DNA of 32,000 nucleotides, taken from NCBI RefSeq assembly GCF_000341395.1, contig NC_020304.1, positions 3,210,001 to 3,242,000 of the forward strand, given 5' to 3'. The notes beneath the pieces are model-generated. The model searched no databases. It saw only the letters and a list, made by a program, of their open reading frames with translations, and was not told where the DNA came from. The position numbers and the translations under genes are program-made. The number at the start of each line of letters is the position of its first letter. The first letter of the stretch is position 1. Below, piece by piece: positions 26,790 through 32,000 of this stretch. The DNA comes from Desulfocapsa sulfexigens DSM 10523. GTDB taxonomy: Bacteria; Desulfobacterota; Desulfobulbia; Desulfobulbales; Desulfocapsaceae.

Positions 26790-28492
26790 ATCCCTCAATC
26801 TTTGAAACAATCTTTTATGCCTTGATACTGTCATCAGCCGCGAGTACTCCTCTGCTTATGCTGTTTCTTTGTTGTACTCCGTTGCGGATGAAGGTAATGC
26901 AAATCCTTCCACTGGCAACAGTTCCTGCTCTCCTTATTGCCATGACAGTACCTGACGATGTCTCTGTTGAAGCGGGCTGGTTTTTTATGAGTGGCCGTAT
27001 GGGACTTGATGGAACAGGTAGGATTTTTCTCATTCTTGCCGGTTTTGTCTGGTTGCTGGCGAGCTTCAGCATCCTGAGTCTTTTTAAGAGTGGTCATAAT
27101 CGGACACGTTTTCATATATTCTTTTTGACCGCCATGGCTGGTAATTTTGGCCTCATCCTTGCCCAGGGAATGTTTGGGTACTATCTCTTCTTTGCCATGA
27201 TGAGTTTTGCCAGCTACGGGCTTGTGGCCCATGAAGGGCATAAGGATGCAAGACGTGCCGGGCGTATCTATCTTTTCCTGGTTATGATCGGCGAAATGGC
27301 ACTGTTCACTGCCTTACTTTGCCTGGTACAGACCTGTGACAGCATGGCTCTCAATGACCTTGCAGGAGCTTCGTATCATCCGGTCATTTTTATCCTCCTT
27401 TTCATTGGATTCGGTATTAAAATCGGAGCACTGCCTTTTCATGGCTGGCTGATTCCAGCCTATCAGAACGCACCCCCTCCAGCCGCTACAGCTCTTGCAG
27501 GATCTATGGTTAACGCAGGTATCCTCGGTTGGCTTCGGTTTATGCCTCTTGGCCAGATCTCCTATCCTGATGGAGCAATGCTTTTTATCATCGCCGGGGC
27601 TCTTGCTTCCATATACGGGGTCATTGCCGGTTTGAACAGCAAACAGCCTGGTGCAGTGCTTGGTGGATCAAGCATCAGTCAGATGGGGCTGATAACTGTT
27701 GTTTTCGGGATGGGCCTTCTTGACCAGGACGCAGGAATTTATGCCATCCCTGTACTTATTCTCTGTGTTGTGCATCATTCGCTGGCCAAAAGCAGCCTGT
27801 TCTTTGCGTATGACCTAACTACACGGGAAGGGAAAATCGTATCGCATTTTCAGCTTGCTGCAATCCTGTTTACTGCTTTGGCTCTTGCAGGAATGCCCTT
27901 TACCAGCGGTGCAATTGTCAAGACAGCATTTAAAGAACTGGCGACACATCTGGGTGAACCCTGGTATGGAATAAGTACGTTCTTTCTTCCCTTAACAGCA
28001 ACGGGTACAACTATACTCATGCTTCATTTTGTAAGAATATTGAAAAATATGAATACCATTTCCAAGTCTGGTAACATTCTGATACAACTGGTTTTTGTTG
28101 CCAGTTTTACTGCCGTTGCAACAACACTTTGGATATGGCCATTTGCTGATGATTTTTCAAGTCATTCGCTTGAAAGAGAACAAATTTTTCTAGGATCACT
28201 GCCGGTTGCAGCAGGTTGCTTCCTGTTCTTTTTATTGCAACGATCTGTACTTACAACAAAATTTCAGACAGGTACACCTAAGAGAAAAAACCATTTTGAT
28301 ACATTTAAATGCCTGGCAACAGACTTGGTGCAGAAGAAAAGGAAGGAAAAGCAACCACAAAACATGTTTGCTGGCTCCATATACCGTCTTGTTCCATATT
28401 TACGGAAAATTGAAAAAGTCATGGGGAGGTGGCAGGTAGTGGGATTATCTTACCTGGCACTCTGTTTCTGTCTGCTGTTTTTATTATTGTGA
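26786..28492 (+). CDS. antiporter-like subunit 3 (MrpA-N/NuoL-like), atypical: TM5 Glu replaced, basic C-terminal helix plus terminal TM
   Basis: 568 aa. GFGIKIGALPFHGWLIPAY and HHSLAKSSLFF are retained. The TM5 position reads YLFFAMMSFASYGLV, with Ala137 (codon 27194-27196) where the paralogues have Glu. The tail is KRKNHFDTF...KKRKEKQPQ...LRKIEKVMGRW followed by VVGLSYLALCFCLLFLLL. ATGA overlap. Confidence 0.75.
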   Translation: MNPSIFETIFYALILSSAASTPLLMLFLCCTPLRMKVMQILPLATVPALLIAMTVPDDVSVEAGWFFMSGRMGLDGTGRIFLILAGFVWLLASFSILSLFKSGHNRTRFHIFFLTAMAGNFGLILAQGMFGYYLFFAMMSFASYGLVAHEGHKDARRAGRIYLFLVMIGEMALFTALLCLVQTCDSMALNDLAGASYHPVIFILLFIGFGIKIGALPFHGWLIPAYQNAPPPAATALAGSMVNAGILGWLRFMPLGQISYPDGAMLFIIAGALASIYGVIAGLNSKQPGAVLGGSSISQMGLITVVFGMGLLDQDAGIYAIPVLILCVVHHSLAKSSLFFAYDLTTREGKIVSHFQLAAILFTALALAGMPFTSGAIVKTAFKELATHLGEPWYGISTFFLPLTATGTTILMLHFVRILKNMNTISKSGNILIQLVFVASFTAVATTLWIWPFADDFSSHSLEREQIFLGSLPVAAGCFLFFLLQRSVLTTKFQTGTPKRKNHFDTFKCLATDLVQKKRKEKQPQNMFAGSIYRLVPYLRKIEKVMGRWQVVGLSYLALCFCLLFLLL

Positions 28493-28595
28493 TCGAAATT
28501 GTCACTGGAATAATGGTTTGTCTTTTCTGTGGTAACTTTACAAACACAAAGCAGATCTGTTGTTGACAGAGAATTTGGATGATGTTCAGATCTGT

Positions 28596-28624
28596 TTGAC
28601 TTCATATGTTTTTTTCCATACAAT
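28596..28624 (+). promoter_or_regulatory. sigma70-type promoter for the PsiE-like gene
   Basis: TTGACT (28596-28601), a 17-nt spacer, then TACAAT (28619-28624). The predicted transcription start is about 10 nt upstream of the ATG at 28641, which implies a very short leader. Confidence 0.45.
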
Positions 28625-28640
28625 ATAACAGTATGGAAAT

Positions 28641-29180
28641 ATGCCTAATGGATTCGGGTCTATCTTGTCCACATTATTATTTTTTTCCGACAATGAGGTG
28701 CGAACTATAGTGGATTCCGAACAAGACAAGAAACATCTCGCCGAACCGGGCCATGATCTGATTAAGAAGCATGAAGATCCTTTTATTGAAGTCCTGCATC
28801 GAATAATCCGTGTAGCAGTTAAAATATTGGCTGTTTTAATGGTTATGGTTATCGTTTGGGGTATTGGTGACGTTGTGTATGTTTTATATCAACGTCTGAT
28901 AACTCCTCCATTCTTGTTGTTGAGTATTAATGATATTCTGGCAACTTTTGGAGCTTTCCTGGCAGTATTGATTGCCATAGAAATTTTTATAAATATCACC
29001 ATGTATCTCAAGACAGATGTTATTCCTGTTAGGTTAGTAGTCGCCACCGCACTAATGGCAATTTCGCGTAAAGTTATTATTTTTGATTTCGATGAAATAA
29101 CACCTCCATTTCTGCTTGGTACAGCAGCAACAGTCCTAGCCCTTGGTGTGACGTACTGGCTTATTTCAAAAAAGACCTGA
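28641..29180 (+). CDS. PsiE-family (phosphate-starvation-inducible E-like) membrane protein
   Basis: 179 aa with four TM segments. FLAVLIAIEIFINITMY and ATALMAISRKVIIFD match the PsiE pattern as I recall it. Confidence 0.6.
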   Translation: MPNGFGSILSTLLFFSDNEVRTIVDSEQDKKHLAEPGHDLIKKHEDPFIEVLHRIIRVAVKILAVLMVMVIVWGIGDVVYVLYQRLITPPFLLLSINDILATFGAFLAVLIAIEIFINITMYLKTDVIPVRLVVATALMAISRKVIIFDFDEITPPFLLGTAATVLALGVTYWLISKKT

Positions 29181-29263
29181 CGTCCATAAGAGACAGGTAT
29201 GCCTTTTAACAGATACATGGATTTAATAATGCGTTTATTATTCATTTAACATTACATCAACCT

Positions 29264-29530
29264 ATGACCACAACCCGAAAAATCGTTCTGGATGTCCTCA
29301 AGCCTCATAAGCCCAACGGAGTAGATTTTGCCACAGCACTGGCTCAGTTGTCACCCGATTATCATGTGCGACTCAGTGTGGTTGAGATGGATGCCAAGAC
29401 TGAAAGTGTCATCGTGGTAGTAGAGGGGAACAATATAGCATTTGATTCAGTATCTGAGCTCATAAAAAAAATGGGGGCATCGATTCATAGTATTGATGAA
29501 GTTGAGGTTCATGGCTCGGAAACGATATAA
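29264..29530 (+). CDS. DUF211-family small soluble protein
   Basis: 88 aa. KIVLDVLKPHKPN ... VVVEGNNIAFDSVSELIKKMGASIHSIDEVEV fits the DUF211 (MTH889-like) consensus LVLDVLKPH..I.G..I....I...G..IHSIDEV as I remember it. Confidence 0.65.
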   Translation: MTTTRKIVLDVLKPHKPNGVDFATALAQLSPDYHVRLSVVEMDAKTESVIVVVEGNNIAFDSVSELIKKMGASIHSIDEVEVHGSETI

Positions 29531-29563
29531 GGCGCCCGTCTCCTGTGAGAGGTATGGTCACTT

Positions 29564-30145
29564 ATGATCAGAGAGAAGGATAAACAGCTCCTATCCCATA
29601 TCTATCGCGGAAAAAAAATCGCCAGGCGCTACATGGTTACCAACGGTTTTGATGGGACGCTGACCATGCTGGGAATGATGACAGGGTTTTATGTCAGTGG
29701 AACCAAAGAGCTGGGGGTCGCAATAAATGCCTGTCTTGGTGCTGCGGTAGCACTCTTTGTCAGTGGGTTTTCCAGTGCCTATCTCAGTGAAAAAGCTGAG
29801 CGACAGGAGGAGTTACGGAAACTTGAGCAGGCATTGCTTATTGATCTGGAAGATAGTCACTATGGCGATGCCAGCCGCTATCTCCCACTTCTTATTGCTT
29901 CTGTAAACGGCCTCTCACCACTTTCCCTTTCCCTGATTATAGTTGCACCCTTATTCCTGGCTCATCACGGCATTTTGTTGCCATGGTCTCCCTTTCTTGT
30001 AGCAATTGCAGTAGCGCTTATCTGTATATTTCTCCTTGGAGTCTATTTAGGGAAAATAAGCAGGCAATTCTGGTTGTGGGCAGGACTGCGCACTGTATTT
30101 ATAGCGTTGATTCTGGTGGCAACTATCCTCATGTTTGATATCTGA
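29564..30145 (+). CDS. VIT1/CCC1-like membrane protein (short form, no cytosolic metal-binding domain)
   Basis: 193 aa. TNGFDGTLTMLGMMTGF and SGFSSAYLSEKAERQEEL resemble the VIT-family NDG..S...L..G and GEY.S..SQ helices. Three further TM segments follow. Confidence 0.55.
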   Translation: MIREKDKQLLSHIYRGKKIARRYMVTNGFDGTLTMLGMMTGFYVSGTKELGVAINACLGAAVALFVSGFSSAYLSEKAERQEELRKLEQALLIDLEDSHYGDASRYLPLLIASVNGLSPLSLSLIIVAPLFLAHHGILLPWSPFLVAIAVALICIFLLGVYLGKISRQFWLWAGLRTVFIALILVATILMFDI

Positions 30146-30360
30146 AAATAAATCCAAAAATTTTCAGGTGATGTTCATCAGACATGAGAACAGAACAGTA
30201 ATTGATCAACACTATGATAAATATCATCCAGAGTTATGTTCTCCATTTTGAATCCATGGCAAAAACAACACTGATATGGTAAGAGGTGTCAGGTTGCGGT
30301 TTTGGCTGAACCCTGACAAGGAGATTTCAGACTCTGAACTCTAATGAGTTGTTAGATTAA

Positions 30361-30436
30361 TGGAGCCGACAAGCGGGATCGAACCGCTGGCCTACGCTTT
30401 ACGAGAGCGTCGCTCTACCAACTGAGCTATGTCGGC
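30361..30436 (-). tRNA. tRNA-Thr (anticodon CGU), CCA encoded
   Basis: The reverse complement folds as a cloverleaf: GCCGACA-UA-GCUC-AGUUGGUA-GAGC-G-ACGCU-CUCGUAA-AGCGU-AGGCC-AGCGG-UUCGAUC-CCGCU-UGUCGGC-U-CCA (76 nt). The anticodon loop is C-U-CGU-A-A. Confidence 0.93.
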
Positions 30437-30559
30437 TATCAGGAAAAATGATGATCTTTTTGACAAAAATAATGTTCTAATTTCATGGCTTGTATAGCAA
30501 GGTCACCTATCAATGTCAAATATATTCCATTACCTTTAGTTGCAGGTAACCGTATCTCT

Positions 30560-32000
30560 ATGCAGCGTATCTTTTTTTCACTCCTGTTGTTATTGCTTTT
30601 AAATGCCTGTTCAGAAGACCAGAAGCAGGAGGAAGGCAACGAAACATCTCCAGCCTCCAACTCTATTTCCACACCCCCCAAAGGATGCAAGGCCTGCCAC
30701 AGCATGGTGCTCGATGTTGCTCACGATATGGATTGTACCGTCTGTCATGGTGGTTCAAACGACACTTCTTCCAAGGAACTGGCACACGAGAATCTGATAC
30801 TGCGCCCAGCCCATCCTGATAATATGGTTAAGGTCTGCGGCAAATGTCACCAGGATCAGGTTGCGAGCACTGCCCATTCCCTTCACTTTACCTTGAAAAC
30901 AGAAGTAAATCGTGTCCGCATCGCCTTTGGAGCTAAAGAAGAGCTTACCAGCCTTGTTGATGTTCCAGTCACCGATTCTCCCCAGACAATAGTCGAGCTC
31001 GCCGACGACCTGCTGAGGCGCCGTTGTCTGCGTTGTCATCCATATTTTTCAGGAGATCGCTACCCGGCCGTCGTGCGGGGAACGGGATGTGCCAGTTGTC
31101 ATCTCCAGTTTTATAAGGGAAAACTTGTTTCTCATTCCTTCCTCAAAACGCCCGGAGATGATCAATGTTTGCAATGCCACTATGGCAACTGGGTTGGATA
31201 TGACTATTATGGACGCTATGAACATGACATGAATGATGAATACCGGACTCCATACACAACTCGCCATGATTATTTTCGTCCATTTGGAGTCGAATTCCAC
31301 CAACTATCTCCAGATATTCACCAGAAAAAAGGCTTAGTCTGCGTTGATTGTCATGGTGGGCGAGAGCTCATGGCCCAGGGTGATACAAAAACACGTTGTG
31401 CGGATTGTCACGATAGGTCGAGAATTGAAAATCAATTATCATACTTTAATATCAACCGGAAAAATAATAAGGAGGATGAATTTACCCTTGTTTCAACTGG
31501 TGATGGCAAGGAACATACCATCCCCTTCATGAAACATGCCGCCCATCAGGAATACGCTGAAGTTGCTGGATGCCAGGTATGTCATGCTCAATGGTCATTT
31601 AATGACCTGGGAACCCACCTTTTAAGAAGTGATCTAAGTGAATATGACGCTTTTTCAAGAGTGTCTGTCCAGGGAAGCTTTGAAGTCGAACAGATTTTGA
31701 AAAATAACCTGAATTTCGACAATGAAGAAATGGCTCATTCAATGACAGATAAATTGAGTGGTGAAGCTAAGGATGGACTCTGGTACAAAGGTTACGAAAC
31801 CAGACGCTGGGAAAATATTATCATTGGCCGCGACAGTTCCGGACGACTCCAGGTAATGCGCCCCATACTTGATATCTATCTTTCCTGGATAGACGAAGAT
31901 GAGGATGTTCTTTTTGATTCAGTGCGCAGTAACGCTCAAAACAATGGATTACTCCCGTATGTCCCGCACACCACCGGGAAAGCAGGCATGTTCTACAGGG
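30560..32000 (+). CDS. lipoprotein multiheme c-type cytochrome (at least 9 hemes), 3' end beyond window
   Basis: This open-ended ORF is absent from the track and was translated by hand with no stops to base 32000. The signal/lipobox is MQRIFFSLLLLLLLNAC. The CxxCH motifs are CKACH (res 43), CTVCH, CGKCH, CLRCH, CASCH, CLQCH, CVDCH, CADCH (res 280) and CQVCH (res 338). An in-frame upstream ATG at 30485 is rejected because the signal peptide begins at 30560. Confidence 0.85.
   Translation, partial: MQRIFFSLLLLLLLNACSEDQKQEEGNETSPASNSISTPPKGCKACHSMVLDVAHDMDCTVCHGGSNDTSSKELAHENLILRPAHPDNMVKVCGKCHQDQVASTAHSLHFTLKTEVNRVRIAFGAKEELTSLVDVPVTDSPQTIVELADDLLRRRCLRCHPYFSGDRYPAVVRGTGCASCHLQFYKGKLVSHSFLKTPGDDQCLQCHYGNWVGYDYYGRYEHDMNDEYRTPYTTRHDYFRPFGVEFHQLSPDIHQKKGLVCVDCHGGRELMAQGDTKTRCADCHDRSRIENQLSYFNINRKNNKEDEFTLVSTGDGKEHTIPFMKHAAHQEYAEVAGCQVCHAQWSFNDLGTHLLRSDLSEYDAFSRVSVQGSFEVEQILKNNLNFDNEEMAHSMTDKLSGEAKDGLWYKGYETRRWENIIIGRDSSGRLQVMRPILDIYLSWIDEDEDVLFDSVRSNAQNNGLLPYVPHTTGKAGMFYR

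Noticed and set aside
21342-28492. Interpreting the Mrp-like cluster as part of a membrane-bound [NiFe] hydrogenase (Mbh) or Mbx/Mbs operon
   Set aside because: No NuoB/NuoC/NuoD/NuoH/NuoI-like genes follow or precede the cluster. It is bounded by a terminator upstream and by unrelated small membrane-protein genes downstream. Only the gene order is Mbh-like.
30280-30330. Imperfect hairpin GTCAGG(G)TT...AACCTGAC downstream of the tRNA on the minus strand, as a tRNA terminator
   Set aside because: The stem is bulged and no U-run follows, so it could equally be fortuitous. It is not reported as a feature.
30146-30560. tRNA-Thr as a possible integration hotspot, with 28.6-30.1 kb as an inserted island
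   Set aside because: No integrase, transposase or phage genes are present. I found no direct repeat of the tRNA 3' end anywhere in the window. The flanking genes show no obvious compositional break by eye.
30439-31303. Minus-strand ORFs 30439..30705, 30755..31039 and 31049..31303, and plus-strand ORFs 30603..30797 and 31344..31532
   Set aside because: All overlap the uninterrupted plus-strand frame that carries nine CxxCH motifs. None has motifs of its own.
1-32000. Scan for CRISPR arrays, tandem repeats, IS elements and toxin-antitoxin or defence gene pairs
   Set aside because: I saw no regularly spaced direct repeats, no transposase or integrase-like ORFs, and no small paired ORFs with TA-like features in any intergenic or accessory stretch.

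Overview
The window is mostly chromosomal core from an anaerobe. Gene content, about 45% GC by eye and the aspartokinase-citramalate synthase pairing suggest a Desulfobacterota (Desulfobulbales/Geobacter-like) genome, but this is a low-confidence guess and no searches were run. I call 33 CDSs, one tRNA, one intrinsic terminator and one promoter. I saw no CRISPR array, transposase, integrase or obvious defence island.

Layout, left to right:
- purB, open-ended at base 1.
- A HAD-IB hydrolase.
- A tightly overlapped minus-strand operon: lysC-cimA-comEA-like-miaA-recJ.
- trmL, converging on a membrane protein with a degenerate GGDEF domain.
- A plus-strand string: serC, an unassigned radical-SAM gene, rlmN, and a SagB/ThcOx-type nitroreductase.
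- A four-subunit 2-oxoacid:ferredoxin oxidoreductase in delta-alpha-beta-gamma order (OorDABC-like), followed by a small membrane ORF.
- A divergently transcribed two-subunit biotin carboxylase whose carboxyltransferase motifs are atypical.
- A nine-gene, fully translationally coupled Mrp-like membrane cluster in Mbh-like E-F-G-B-C-D order. It has a split mrpA, three antiporter-like subunits and no redox module.
- A PsiE-like / DUF211 / VIT-like trio.
- tRNA-Thr(CGU).
- An open-ended lipoprotein multiheme cytochrome with 9 CxxCH motifs so far.

The two open-ended genes (purB and the cytochrome) are missing from the supplied ORF track; I translated them by hand.

Most worth a second look:
- The permuted Mrp-like cluster and its third subunit, which lacks the TM5 glutamate.
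- The radical-SAM (CX4CX2C) - RlmN - SagB-like module.
- The Oor / divergent carboxylase pairing.
- The DUF211 module.
- The cytochrome.

All functional calls rest on motif recognition by eye.
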